DNA of 61,511 nt, filler included, from Sphacelaria rigidula (GCA_964200075.2; 4 parts of 4 records of this genome joined end to end with filler, not necessarily neighbours in it), one strand, 5' to 3'. Shown: positions 12,314 through 25,797, counted from the first letter of the whole stretch. A program made the numbers and translations. The notes: generated by a model not told the origin, from the sequence alone.

Positions 12314-13254
12314 ACGAATTTTATCACGCAGCAGAGATTTCACGCCTTGCTACGGGTGCGCAACGAAGGACGAGTTCACAGTGTGCAGAGCCGCCTGTTG
12401 TTTCTGTACGCATGCACTCCCCTTTCTGCGTGTGCTGGTTATTCCGCTGTGGGGTGAAATCGTGGTTGAGTCTTGATCCAAGAGATGAGGGGGTTGTGAT
12501 GGAAGACGGGGGTCGAGAAGGCTGTGGTGTCTCCTCCGTCTTCGTCTTGTGCCCCTTTGCGTCTCGAATCCTGGCTTGTTTTGCCGCCGTGTTTGATCTG
12601 CCGCTCACATGTTTTTCGCAAGGGAAATAATTGAAAGCTCACAAAAAAATAAGACATGACCATTTGTTCTTTTTTATCGTGCTCGTGAAGAATCCTGGGG
12701 AGGAACGCCTCGAGTGTGATCCGGATCGATCGAATGAGTTGCGAGCATCCACGAAACATACGGCATTCCGTCGACAAAAAGTTGATTACACGTACAATTG
12801 GCCATATCGGTGCATGAAGAGGCGGATGCCGCATGCGATGTAAACGTTGAGGTCATTTGACCGCTTGTTTCACTCGCCAATCCTTCTGGCCGTTGTGGCG
12901 TCCGATGATCAGCGCAGTTTAATTCGTGGTATCCTCCGTTTGTCGCAAACCGTCACCTTGGAGGTGAGGTTTACGTCACATGACCGGTGCGAGCTGGGCC
13001 AGCCACACGTTAATTCGAAGGTTGATTTTTTTTTGCATGACTTGGTTCTGAGAGTGGAGAACCAGGATATTGACATGAATTTCACGTCATCAATACGCGA
13101 ATGGACGACGGAGGATTCAAGAGGAAGTGAAACAGGAGAGTGAAGAAAATATTGTAGAAGGTTCACAACCCTGTGTAAAGCACGGTATTTCGTGACGGAT
13201 TTTGAGGTCGCGTGTACTTTTTCGTAGTAATTTTGCCCAGTATTCGTTCATCTA

Positions 13255-13500
13255 TTCTAGACGCGAGTCTACACCATTCGGTATATGTGGGCGCATCAAC
13301 CGGAGTCACACGAGAAGATCAACAGACAAGTCTTGACCTTGTTTTTAGTCTAGCACTCACACCTCTGTCCTGTAGTGCTCGCCTGGTTGTCGGAAGAAGG
13401 GTTGAGCGATCCCCGTCCCTCGTCGAGTTGTGACGTCGAATATTGTGTTGATACGGAATGATCACTCTCCACTTTTGCGGATGTGAAGAGAAATCAGTTG
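13255..13500 (-). mobile_element. SINE body fragment
   Basis: GTCTACACCATTCGGTATATGTGGGCGCA is the reverse complement of the SINE 3' region. Confidence 0.6.
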
Positions 13501-14165
13501 AGCTGTGCGTCTCATTTCTCTTCCAATGGAAACGTACGGTTGCTGGTATTTGCGTTGACGTCACGCTCGACACCTATCTCGTCCCGTTACACACTCCGCA
13601 CTCTGTCCCGCATCCTTCATCAGGATCCCCCCACCACCTCGAGCCTCTAGAAATTTATCCAGCCAGACTCTAACATGTCCGCAATTTCACCATGCCAGGA
13701 ACAGAAACGAGTCCCTTTTCAGATGAAGCCCACATGCATCTGCCCTGCGTTCTCTCCATGTTGAGGGAAAAATTCAAGTCAACAGAGGAAACTATGGTGC
13801 GCTGAGGGTGTCTTTAATCATTACTTTTCAATCGGAAGGAGGCAGTGGAAAACCAAAATGCACTTGTAGTAGGTCGTGACTTTAACCATTTTCGGATTGA
13901 ACTGCAATAGTGTTTGGAATCACGACAGATCGAACCGGAGAGTTCCCTTCCCACCGCGCATCCTCGATCGCACAATATTGTGCAACGCCCTTATCACATA
14001 ATTTTATGATCGATAAAGTACGGTGGAGCACGAATATTTCGATCTCATCGGTCGCGACTTTGGCCGCATTCTATCCAAAAAGCAGACTACGATTATCGCA
14101 GTTGAAATCATCACCTACTACATCGGAGTTCAACTTTTCGACCGATTACTTTCGATGGGAAAGTG

Positions 14166-14370
14166 CAAGGACAGGTCGAGTACGGGTACTCGATTGCGGG
14201 GTATTTTGAAAGACGTACTAGACTCACACATCTTGGGGGTAAGGTTTCAGGAATCGCTTCCCAGTTACTCTTTCCGTACGACTCCCGCAACACTCTACCC
14301 TGACTTGAGTACCCCAAGTACGTCTTCCTAAATACCCCGCAATCGATTATACTCTACTCGACCTGCCTAG
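14166..14370. mobile_element. MITE with ~55-bp imperfect TIRs
   Basis: CAGGTCGAGTA..GTA.TCGATTGCGGGGTATTT..AAGACGTACT at 14172 is mirrored at about 14314-14365. Confidence 0.7.
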
Positions 14371-14511
14371 GCTTGAGCTGTTTATGCGCTCTTTCCAAAA
14401 GAAAAATGCATCTCTTTCAACAGGGGTCATTTTGAAGCAGAAACCCCACCGAGGCGTTACAATCACTCGATATTAGTATCGAAGGCCGAAAAACAAAAAT
14501 CCATTATTCTC

Positions 14512-14869
14512 GCCCCGGTGGCTCAGTTGGTACCCTCGACACCTTCTGACGGTTGGGTCGTGGGTTCAATTCTCGGTGCGATCTGGGATTTTTTCTCACA
14601 CACAATGCCCAACAGTGGAGAGGGACTATGTCGCGGTAACACAACATTCGACTGGACGGTCGACGAGGGAAAGGGATTGCTGGACCCCTCTCGCGATAAA
14701 AAACAAAGGCAAGCACCGCAAAAGGAAGGTGGAGTACTAAAACAAAGAAAAAAGAAAAAGCTCCAGTGTTGTCCTTCCTCCTGTGTGACCCCGGCTGGTG
14801 CGCCCACATATACCGAAAGATGTAGACCGGCGCCCAGAATAAATGGGACGACAACTCACAACAGACACA
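14512..14869 (+). mobile_element. tRNA-derived SINE, full length
   Basis: Pol III A box TGGCTCAGTTGG (14519-14530) and B box GGTTCAATTC (14563-14572), ~300-nt shared body, CA-rich tail, several copies in the window. Confidence 0.8.
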
Positions 14870-15306
14870 TTCTCCAAGTGAATTATACGCGCGCATAGAA
14901 AGCGGAAGCCTAAACCTGCCCTTGAAAAAGTGCGGTGCAACGGACAACTCCAATCTGATTGGTCGTGATTTCAACTGCGATAATCGTCGTTTATTTGGAA
15001 GATGGTTCACGTCACGATCTACGGGATCAAAAGTACAGTATTTGTTCTTGATCGAAAACCATTACCCAACGGACTGGGGCTCGAGAAATCAGTCCACGGG
15101 AGAAAATCGTGTAGACAGACTGAAATTCAGTGTTGCATATCAGACCGAGAATAAAGTTCGATATATATTTGTAGAATATCGAATCACAACTGCCGATATC
15201 GGTATTTTTGTCGATATTCCGAAGACGACACGATTCGTATCGAATATCGATATTCGATACGATATGGCTGTTTTGGTATGGCCGCAGTGTACAAGACCGA
15301 GCGGTA

Positions 15307-15406
15307 NNNNNNNNNNNNNNNNNNNNNNNNNNNNNNNNNNNNNNNNNNNNTTAATTAATTAANNNNNNNNNNNNNNNNNNNNNNNNNNNNNNNNNNNNNN
15401 NNNNNN
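15307..15406. other. Artificial contig linker (N44-TTAATTAATTAA-N44)
   Basis: Seen directly; identical at three places. Confidence 0.98.
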
Positions 15407-15793
15407 TGCACTGTACATAACTCTACTCTATGCTGCTGCTCTTACACTAAAAATTTGATAAAATTGTCTGCCCCTCACGTTGGACAATGCTTGAGCTCTC
15501 CTCCGTCAGTGAAACACTGAGTTGCTTTGCACGGGTGCGATGTGTCAGATTGGTAGTGTCCAGACTACTGGGTTTTCAAATTCTATGGGTACTGATTTAA
15601 CGTGACCGTTGTCAACGGAACATCTTCCGACCTGCGTTTGCAGTTTGATGGAGAAGGGTGACTGTTTATCTCTTCTTCGGTCCGTGCGTTTGACGTAAAT
15701 TAGTGTTTCAAGAAGAATCACACGCTTACTTGATCCCAGTGTGGAGCCGAGGATCATTTTCCCTAATAATAATATTAATAATTATTATAGTAA

Positions 15794-15845
15794 CTAGTGG
15801 TGAGCCACGGCTGACGCACGTGGCAGCTGTGCCGCAGGTATCAAC
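15794..15845 (-). mobile_element. Helitron-like 3' end (second copy at 25295-25347)
   Basis: On the minus strand, a GCCACG...CGTGGC hairpin is followed a few nt later by CTAG and then T. Two near-identical copies. Confidence 0.5.
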
Positions 15846-16010
15846 TAGGCTTTTACTTATGATGCTAGTAAGGTCACTTTATTATGCTAGTAATCTCACC
15901 AAAAACTATGCTTGAAAAGCGGAATTTATGCCCCCATTTATGCTCGCATTTCCAAAAGACTATGCTCGATTGATGCTCGCAAAGTGGAAGTTGTGCTCGA
16001 TTATGCTCGT
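15846..16010. repeat. TTATGCT-rich dispersed element (related copy at about 20225-20422)
   Basis: Repeated TTATGCT motifs. TAGGCTTTTACT.AT.ATGCTAG is mirrored by CTAGCATAATGAGTAAAAGCCTA at about 20400-20422. Confidence 0.55.
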
Positions 16011-16352
16011 AATATCCGGCAAGGGTGCCATTTTCGACCGACTACAGACCCACCGATCACTACATGCATGTTATGTACATACGAAATACTACCGGCCTGC
16101 ATTAGGACGCTTGAATGCCGTATTTTCCCGTTGTCGTACACGTTGCATCACTGTATATCATTGCGCACTACATGTACTGCGTCTTATGCTATATGCCGCC
16201 CCCCCACTGCCCTACAGACAAGACAAATGGTGGGCAACCTGCTGATTCGAATATCCATCACGATCTGGCACAATGAGTGTACGTTGTACGCATCCTACGA
16301 AGGTCGATGCAGATGCATCTCATCACACTCAAAAGGACAACTCACAAAATTA

Positions 16353-19259
16353 CATGAAACAATGTTTTCGTGAGATTGAGAGTAGAGGATACGATTGAGA
16401 GTAAAAACCTGCCAATCAGTGAATGAATCGTTTCAGTTCCGGAATGCCCCTCCACGAGGTCCATTGTTTTTTCTGTAGTAGCCTGCCACTGAGGCGTTTG
16501 ATATCCCTGAGGAGGATGTCGACGTGTAACTGTAAGCACACCACACGTGGACAGATGGTACCCTGTGGAGGGGGTCTACAGGGTTTACGTACCCTGCGCA
16601 GAGTTTCTGGCGGGAATTTTACTGTACAGTGTTTTCCAGCGTAGCACAGGACGCTCCACAGGGTTTCTCTACAGTGGTCATGTATAGTGTGCATCACAGG
16701 GTTCCGTCGCCCCATGAAGAGTTCATCGCTGCTGGCAATGCTGTGCAGTGTGCTTACGCACAAACACTACCCTCCACATATAGCTGCGGGCGCAAGGTAC
16801 TGGCGGAAAAAAGAACTGGTTGAGGTTGGTCGGGGAATCGAACGCACGACCTCATAGTTATATGGTCGACCGTGTATTCTATTGTCCAGGGTATGGACCG
16901 GTTACATACTGAGCTCGTTGGGGATGGAATGTATTCTTTGTACTTCTGAATTTTGGGGCCCTCGAAGGTCCGTGTCAACACTGAAATCTCCCGAATTGTT
17001 TTTAGAGGCACAAGTGCGATGGAAATCTGGAATTTGGGCAGCCTCTGCTGTTCGAAATAAATCCTAATTCCAAACTTGGAATAGGGCAAAAAGGATTCAT
17101 TCAAAATAAATCCTAATTTCAAAGTTGAAGTAACGGGAAAAGGATTCATTTCGAAGAGCTGAAGCTGTACAGATAATCCCATACACACTATATATAGCAT
17201 GCAGATGGAATGTGTACACCGCCAAAACCTGAAATTGGGTAGAGAAAGAACTTGCTCGCGAGCAGCTTCAGCTGTTCAAGTCCCGCATACTGCACGCAAG
17301 CTTTTGTTGCAGCTGACGTAATGATAACGGAACGCATTTTACCTCGATTATTAATGCATATACCTGATTAAAAATCCGTAGTCCCGTGTCGACCAGACTA
17401 AAACAATATACAGGGAATAATGAAACATCTCATCGCGCGATTGATACTGCGTACTCGGGATATATATTAACCACAAAAAACTGTACTGGACTGTACGATA
17501 CCATTGCATGCGGGACAATGCGCTATACCGTGCTTATATGTGCGGCGCCATGTACTGCAGATGGCTGGCTATATATACAACTTGGATGCCTGCAGCTTAT
17601 TTTGATATATGGGGGTGTTATATGCCGTCACGAACTCCAGTACTATACACGCGCGCGTCCCACAGCATATGCGCACAGCTGCTGCAGCACAGAAAGTAGG
17701 GCGTGAAAGGGAAGGGGGAAAGTACAGTACAGACAGCGCAGGACAATGTATATATATGTTCTCTACCTACAGTGCGACGTGAAGAGGACTTGAACAACGT
17801 GCAGCATATCGTACGGCCTGCTGTATGCTGCACTATGTTATCGGTGCGTCCAGCATGCATATGGTGAGTGTGTATGCATAATAGGCGGCCAGTTAATTGT
17901 TCCTCGCACCCACCTACACCCCACGTATGTATGTCGTCGCCGCGCGATGTCGGACCATGAAAGAAGATGCTCAAGGTTCCACCAACAAGAATTACGTCAT
18001 ATCTACCCACGGCAGTGTGTATGTGTCTATATCGCTGTGCCCAACCCGTGCTCTTTGCTGTAGGCGGGTTGTGGTGGTATAGCCGGTCGGTGATATATAC
18101 GGAGGAGATATCTCGGGGCGATGGTCTATATATTATTTTAATTAACATACGATCGATGAAGTGACTTTTTCTAAACATGGTTCGTGTTGGTAGACCAAGG
18201 AATACGGGGTTTTCGTGAAGTATGTGGATTGATGGGCGAGGTATACCCCGTTCACCCAACATCTTATCACGCTTACTAGGTGGTTGGTTCGCTTGAATCA
18301 CAGGTGTGGAGATACACACGTATCCAACGTGTGGGATCTCTATTCAGCGAAAGCTTTTGATAGTTTTTCATCCATTAGCCCATGTACACATGGACTGGAG
18401 GGCAGAAGGATGAATACCTTTCAACAACTTTTTCTGCGTGTCGGATTCCATGCGCTGGTAACGGTGCAGTATGCGGGATTTGCCCAGCTGACCCTGCTTA
18501 CAATAAATCTCTTTTCCCCCAATCTCCGGATGGAATGTAGGGCAAAGTAAAGATTTATTTCAAGCTTCTTCTGCTGTTCATTTTCCAAATCTGCCAGTGT
18601 GCATGGGATTTGCGCAGCAGCAGAAGCCCGTCGAAATAAATCCTTTTTTTGCTCATTTCAAAAATGGACGAAAAAAGGATCGATTTTGAACAGCTTCTTC
18701 TGCTGTTGAAATAAATCCTTTTTTTTGCCGAAATAAATTGGACGAGAAAAGGATATGTTTTGAATAGCTTGCCCTGCTGTCCAAAATAAATTCATTTTTG
18801 CCCGATTCAAATCAGGTGGAGAGGAATTTACTTCGGACAGGAGGACAAGCTATTGAAAATATATAAATTTACAGATTTTGTACCAAAATATTTGGAATTA
18901 AAAAAAATGAAAATAAACGTCAGGGTTTTCTAGCAAAAAACCACCACATGACTGTGCAGGGCTTTGCCGACAAGCCTTCACAGGGCTGTAAACCCAACCC
19001 TGGAGAAAATCCTATCAAAAACGCTACGAGGGTTACAGATTTGTCTTATCACTGTCAGGGTTTTTTCACGAAGACTGTGGAGGACCATGTACGGACCCTG
19101 CACAGTGCGCCCCACAGGGTGCTATCTGTCCACGGATGACGGCAATGATGGAGGCAAAGAAGAACACGTACGGGATGAAAGACTGGCTAAGTTAAAGCGA
19201 ATAATCAAAGCCACTCTCAATCTGCGCTCTACATTCAATCCCACGAAAACGTTGTCATG
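16353..19259. mobile_element. ~300-bp MITE split by a 2.6-kb insertion (halves at 16353-16541 and 19139-19259)
   Basis: Both halves align in reverse to the intact copy at 52574-52881. TIR core TTTCGTGAGATTGAGAGTAGA. Confidence 0.8.
16542..19138. mobile_element. Non-autonomous CACTA/EnSpm-like TIR element, 2.6 kb
   Basis: TIR CGTGGACAGATGGTACCCTGTGG (16546-16568) matches the reverse complement of 19112-19134 at 21/23. CA..TG ends, 2-bp TSD AC, internal AAATAAATCCT/AAGGAT repeats. Confidence 0.7.
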
Positions 19260-19497
19260 ATGTGTTCACTCGTCGCCTGTCCCATGTCTAGGAACTCAGG
19301 AACTCGTGTCCAAGGACAACGACAAACGAAAAACTGACACTTAGTTCATGAATGATTGTCAGATCGGTTGTCTCGCATGAACCGATCCGCTTCTAATCCA
19401 GACGAGGTCGCAAGATGGGTACAACCCAGGAAACAAGGTGCAAAAAAGGAAACACACGAAGGGGTAGAAAATGGAAAAAATACTGGAGTAGACGTTC

Positions 19498-19850
19498 GCC
19501 CCGGTGGCTCAGTTGGTAACCTCGGAACCTTCTGACGGTTGGGTCGTGGGTTCAATTCTCGGCGCGATCTGGGATTTTACTCACACCATGCCCAACAGCG
19601 GAGAGCGACTACGTCGTGGGTACACAAAAGGTGACTCAACGGTCGACGAGGGAAAGGGACAGCGGAACACGTCTCGCGATAAGAATAAAGGCAAGCACCG
19701 CAGAAGGGAGGTCGGGTACCAAAAACAAAAAAATGAATGGAAAAAAGTCCCTGTGTTGACCCTCCTCCTCTGTGACCGCGGCTGGTGCGCCCACATATAC
19801 CGAAAGGTGTAGACTGGCGTCCACAATAGACGGGACAACAACACACACAC
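19498..19850 (+). mobile_element. tRNA-derived SINE, full length
   Basis: Colinear with 14512-14869, ending in (CA)n. Confidence 0.8.
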
Positions 19851-20826
19851 AGACGAGAAGAATAGAGTAGCCGGAGGAAGTACAGTACCAGAACACACGA
19901 AAGAAACAGATGGGAAGCCAAGATAATACATATATGTACATACGTGGGCTTCCCACCTACCCCCAGCATCCCACATCCAAACGGTTCCGACATGCCCTTC
20001 ATCAAAGTTCCTCGAATACATGCCAAGCAATACTCGTACGCTGGTATCCTTTGCTTCGCTTCTTCACAACGGTACTGCAACTTTCAGACCTGCGATCGAT
20101 CACACTGCCAGTTTGAATGTCTTCTTCCAGAGCATACACGTATTTCAGACCCGCGGTTGATGACAGCAAATTTTTCGCCCAAAATATCACAGCAGGTCAG
20201 CATTTAGACCAGTGTTCCCACCCATATGGTGAAACATAATGCTCGATTATGCTCTTAACATGGAAATTATGCCCGATTATGCTAATTGCTGAAACGCTAT
20301 GCTATTTATGCTACTTGCTGAAACGCTATGCTATTTATGCTACTTGCTGAAACGCTATGATATTTATGCTACCAAGGTGGGATTATGCCAGAAAATATGC
20401 TAGCATAATGAGTAAAAGCCTATTATCAACGGCACAAGTCTCGCACGCGTGCGAGCGTGCGAGGTTCAAAATAAAAAGAGGAAAATAAAAAATGACCCTG
20501 ACGTTCCCCATCATTAAATATTTATCACTAGAAGCAAAATAAGATAACCCACGGCTATACCCGTAGCCACTACGAAAGAAATAAACCTGACTGTGTTGGC
20601 GCCAACACGACAGCGCTATATTCATGGAGGACCTATCGCGAAGAAGCAAGGACCAAACCGAGTAGAATAGCGCCCCGTCTCTCACCCCCCCACCGGAGGC
20701 ACAGTAGTATCTCGTCAAGGCATGCCTTTGACCATTTATGTTGTGATGATAACCCATGAGATTTTTTTGTCCCCACGGCACGTTTGCTAATACACGCCGA
20801 TAGATGAGAATCACTTTTGAAAATTG

Positions 20827-21181
20827 CACACGCGGCCATTTGGCTACCTCCCAAAATGCCTCCGGAGGGATGCGCGGCCCTCCAGAGACGAAAGAAACCT
20901 CCGAAGGCTTTAATCCCTTTGGAGGAACTCAAACATTTTACCACCCTCGACGGCCACGCACCCCTCCGGAGTAATTTTGGGGCAGCAAAATGCCTCCCGA
21001 GGGATGCGCGGCCCTACAGACGAAAAAACATGCCTCCGGAGACGTTTAATCCCTCTGGAGAAATCCAAAAAATACTCCGCTGGAGGACCGCGCACCCCTC
21101 CGGAGGCATTTCATTCCTCTGGAGGCACGAACAGTTGACCGCCCTGGAGGAACTGTGGGGGTAGCCAAATGGCCGCGTGTG
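20827..21181. mobile_element. Non-autonomous CACTA-like MITE
   Basis: Perfect 22-bp TIR CACACGCGGCCATTTGGCTACC, TG on both flanks (2-bp TSD), many internal CCTCCGGAGG palindromes. Confidence 0.8.
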
Positions 21182-22903
21182 TGATTGCCCCGACAACGAC
21201 CAGTTTCCAGTCTGATCGAGGAGCATTTTTGTCCAGAATAGGGTTGCACACTAATTTATCACGGCAGACCCTTGCTGACACTTTCAGAATAACTCATTGA
21301 TCTAATACACGAAAAATCATATTATCCCGCAAACCTGTGTACCCGCCTCCCCCCCCCCCCCCCCCCCCCCCCCGGAGGGCCGAAAAAAATAATCGGTATA
21401 CGTTTCCCTTCTACTGCACGTTAACCCTCAAACACGTGCGAAGTACTCACGACTCGTACTTTTCGGGAACACCTGCGTGCTACTGTGGGTTGGTTGGCTT
21501 GGCTTCATCTGACGGTGGTTGTGGTTGGAGACGATCCCCGACCAAGACCACCCCGTGGACAAAAGTTGCCAAACGACAGCCATAATTCGCATCTAATAAG
21601 CTGATTTTGTAAATAGGTAATGACGGAAGGAACTCATCATGAGCACCCTCGTCGCCAGTTCCCGTATCAGTGTAGACCCAGTTTGATCGACAATACAGGT
21701 ATAAACTGGTGCAGTTAACAGCCTTCTTTTTATTTACTCATTTTTATTACATTTTTTTTCTTCACTCTAATTTTTTTTATAGTTATCTCTGTTTTTTTTG
21801 CATTCATATTATTGAATTCCATTTACCTGTATTCTTGTTTCATCTTTATTTTTACATTTACATTTTTGCACCTCCGTTTCTGGGAGGTATGTGGATCGTA
21901 CGCTACCACACACACATATAAAAGGGATGTACCCCACCTCCGACGCTCCCTATTTTTCATAGAGCTTATTATGTGATCGTTTTATGGGGGTCTAGTACCC
22001 CGCCCCTCCTGATGGGTCCAAAAAAGAGAAGGGTGCAAAGGTGTGCAGGAAATATTTTTTTGTGCACCCCTGCATCGATCATGATTATTCAACCATCCCA
22101 GTTGGGTACGACCCTTGTTATCGAAGGGGGTTATTCCCTTTTCCGAATTCTCCTTTGGAGAAGCGACCCCCCCCCCTCCCCCCCAGATGCTCCGTCTGGA
22201 AAGGGATGTGTGGTCAATGGTCAAATGACTAAGGCAAGCAACGAATGAGTACGCCCCCCTCCCCCCCAGAAGAATCACCGCATCGTGCTCAGAAATCCCC
22301 TCTCTAGAGGAGACTCCAGGAACTGCAAAAGAAGCACTTCCTGAAATCCCGTTTTGAAAAAGAGTTTCCGGACACCTTGAAGGGGAACACACATGTCCGG
22401 TTGATAGGGGCGCATGTAAAGGCTTACCACACAACCCAACACCATCAGAGCTGTACCTGTGGAACGATGAGATTTAGTTCGTTATTTTTCCATATAGTAT
22501 AATGTGCTGACGGTAACGTCTGCCACGCTCACTGGGTTGAGAACCACACACGCTGCGGTCGCCACAATTGTATCGCGAAAAGTGTTTCCGATGCTATACT
22601 GTCTGAGGAGTGCATATCTAGAAGAAACACGACCAATCTGTAGACACAAAAGCAGCTGGGTTTCCTGCCTGCCAAGCATGTACGGTGAGTTGAAGGGTTG
22701 GTGGTGATGGTTGGTGTCTGTGTGTGAGCTGTTGCTGTGCGTGTCGTTATCATGCGTCGTGTCTGTTGTGAGCGGGTAATTTCAAAAATGTGTTCGTCGG
22801 ACCGGCGGGTCTGCTCAAACATGCTGGGGAACTGGTTCTACTGTACTGTACAGGCAGGTTCTGTGAATTCCAGATATCGGGACGATTTTTCATGTGAAGA
22901 CAG

Positions 22904-22904
22904 C

Positions 22905-22973
<69 letters not shown>
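22904..22973. repeat. (CAA)n microsatellite
   Basis: About 23 uninterrupted CAA units. Confidence 0.97.
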
Positions 22974-22974
<1 letters not shown>

Positions 22975-25797
22975 CCCGTGCACAGCCAGATACGTGTAGG
23001 TCGTGAAATTCATTTACAGTATTGCGAGACGAAGGTCGAAGCTTGCCTGCGACAAACCTCAGAAAACGTATGAGAGTATGCATGTCGAACGACACAAATG
23101 AAACCCCGGTGTTTGCTGAACGCCACTCTTCATGGCAAAGAAGAGCGCTGAGTTTGGGACCGTACGGTGTAAGCTGTCGGTGAGCATCGATGCCAGGAGT
23201 CGGTTGGCATGGCGTGCTGATAATCAGTCGGTGAGGAGTGTGGATGAAACACTGACGGTCTGTCGTGATGTGCAGTACAGTGGTTGCTCCAGGTGCAATT
23301 TCAGTGCTTGGTAAGAACCACATGTATTCACTGCTGCACTGCACTGTTCTATATCAACGAATGCCCATAGCCAAAGTACAACAGTGCAGGACGTGTGATA
23401 ATTCGTTTTTTTTTCGATTCAGCACTTGCCGTGACGGCTCTTGAGCAAGATGGTATGCCACACCGCTCTGTTGGGTTCCAGTGCTCGCAAAGAACAACGC
23501 TCTATCACTCCTGTACGGCATCGTAGTATATTTACGACGGTCCATGAACATAGTACAGGGCAGGGTGCCGCGAACAACGTGAACGGGACGGGTGCATGTT
23601 TTTGTCCGCAACAAATAGAAGCCCGCAAAACAGTCTTCCGTCGGTAGAAGTTCAGTTTTGGATCTTCCGTCGGCCGTGTATCAACCAACTGTATATGTCT
23701 CAGGCAGCAAACGCTAGCTGCGCCCTGGCGCTACAGCGCTTGTCAGTTCTTTCTCGTGTACGCAATAGAAAGAATGAAGACAGTACCTGTGGGTGTGATA
23801 GGCGGTCAACAGTATATGACACGGGCTGGGTACTGAAGCGCCCACGTTGTCTCTTGATGATTTTGTAACAAAGCTAGCTAGCTATTTCAAGGATATAACA
23901 TAATCAATTCATACACACATGAATAAAAGTCAATCCGAGTCAGACCTCGTGATACCCCAAGGGGTCTCGGAATCCTCGCAGCGAACAACGGAAGCAGCAA
24001 CAAACAAAAGCTCCGAAACAATTAAATGTGCACCCAGGTGCACTATCTGCACGCTCAGATAGTGGCAAAACACGTGCGACTGGGCTGTGCCGCATGACCA
24101 CCCCGACCGTGGTGAGTTGGATCACACTTTCAATCGGAGCCAGCACAATTAACGCAGAATACAGTCCGTAGTACAACAGTGGCATGATGTTGCTATTCCA
24201 TAATCTGTGTCGTGGTGAGCACTGTATCGCAGGTGCTCTTTTTCAATTTCTTGAGATGAGCAAGCAGGATGGGGCTTCGCAAGAGGTGATGCTGCCGCAG
24301 GCTACAATGGAATTGTTGCTATGTTCCCACGGTATGGTGCCGCAAGCGACGAAAATAATTCCGTCGTGGATGATCGAGGCGCAGTTCAACAATTCGATAG
24401 TGAAGGCGTGTATGAAATAATGTTCCGATAAGGATCATTTGTGACTTGGCTACAGTAAGGGAAATCCGGACAGCGGGCACTTGATTGCAGTATGCGAGCG
24501 GGGTGACATCACGTCGTTAATAAATACTTCCTTTCGGCCATTAGATAAGCTTACTTTCAAAAGACCATAAGATGAGCTCACTTGGTTGTATTGCGATCAC
24601 TCAGCCAAACAGATGTGTTTGACCGTCCAACCGCCAACATATGTTCAACATATGGCTGGCATCGCATAAAAAAAACAATTTTGATACGGGGATGACGAGT
24701 TATCGTCCCCGGCGTGAAAACAGCACGAAGTGAGCTTATCTACTGGACCTTTTCGCAGGAGGACACCGGTTTTAGCAGAAATTTGCGCCAATGTGCGATA
24801 CGGCGTGTGCAAAGAACCTTTATTGTCGATGTTCGGACCCACGTAGTGTGTTTAAAAGTGATTGGGAACGTGTATGAGAAAAAAATAACCTTGGAGACCC
24901 GGGGACAACATGATATTGCCTCCCGAGATGGGTATGCTGACTTCTGTGTGCTCAAATAAGGTTGTGGTGGTCCGATTTTCAAAAACAACGGTTTTGGGAG
25001 ATTCTCCGGAACGCCTAGAAAAACATTAGCAAAACCGTTTTTCCAAAAATTCATGGTAAGGCTGTCAATCGGTAGATTTTCGTTCTGAGCGACCGACACC
25101 CTCTGGTTGCCGTGAGTGTAGGTGAATATCTTTTGGGGACTCGGCAAAGACCTCGTTTTTGAGCTCTTCTCCAAAACTCTGCGAGTGCAGCAAAAAAAAA
25201 TGTTTGACAAAGTCGAAGATAGGCAGGAGTTATACCGCAAAACCCGAAAGTGAGCTTATCTAATGGCCGACAGGAAGTAGGATAATAATAGTAACTAGCG
25301 GTAAGCCACGGCTGACGCGCGTGGCAGCAGTGCCGCAGGTATCAACACCACGCGGGTCTCTCGCACACGTGCAGGCTTTGAACCAAAATGACCGAGAACA
25401 AAAAGCGGCCCCGACCTTGACCATTATTTATTAGTATTAGCAGATGAGGACTTTCAACCCAAAGATAAGGTGCTAGTCGGAGGGGTGCTAAACTCCAGAA
25501 AGTGTCCGGGCTGTCCGAGGACATTTTATTGACCACAGACCATGTTTCTTCTTTTCTTTGGATACGCTTGATACATCCTTGACACGGAGAAATCGTGCGT
25601 TGAAGTCACGCTCTCCCTATTCAGACGCCACATACACCTTCACGCAGCTGACACATCCAGGATTTCACCTTCTTTTCGAATGTTTTTCAGACTTACGCTT
25701 GAAACCTCGCAAAAAAAGTACATTCCCGATTTTTTTGCTGACCGCGGGATTTGCCCTGAGGAAGGTTACACTTCGCCGTTCTCCATGTTTTTTTTGT

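Noticed and set aside
14512..14580. Functional tRNA gene
   Set aside because: The acceptor stem is poor and the head continues into a ~300-nt body shared by dispersed copies, so it is a SINE.
22737..23344. Poly-N, poly-C and poly-L ORFs
   Set aside because: Products of the (CAA)n microsatellite.
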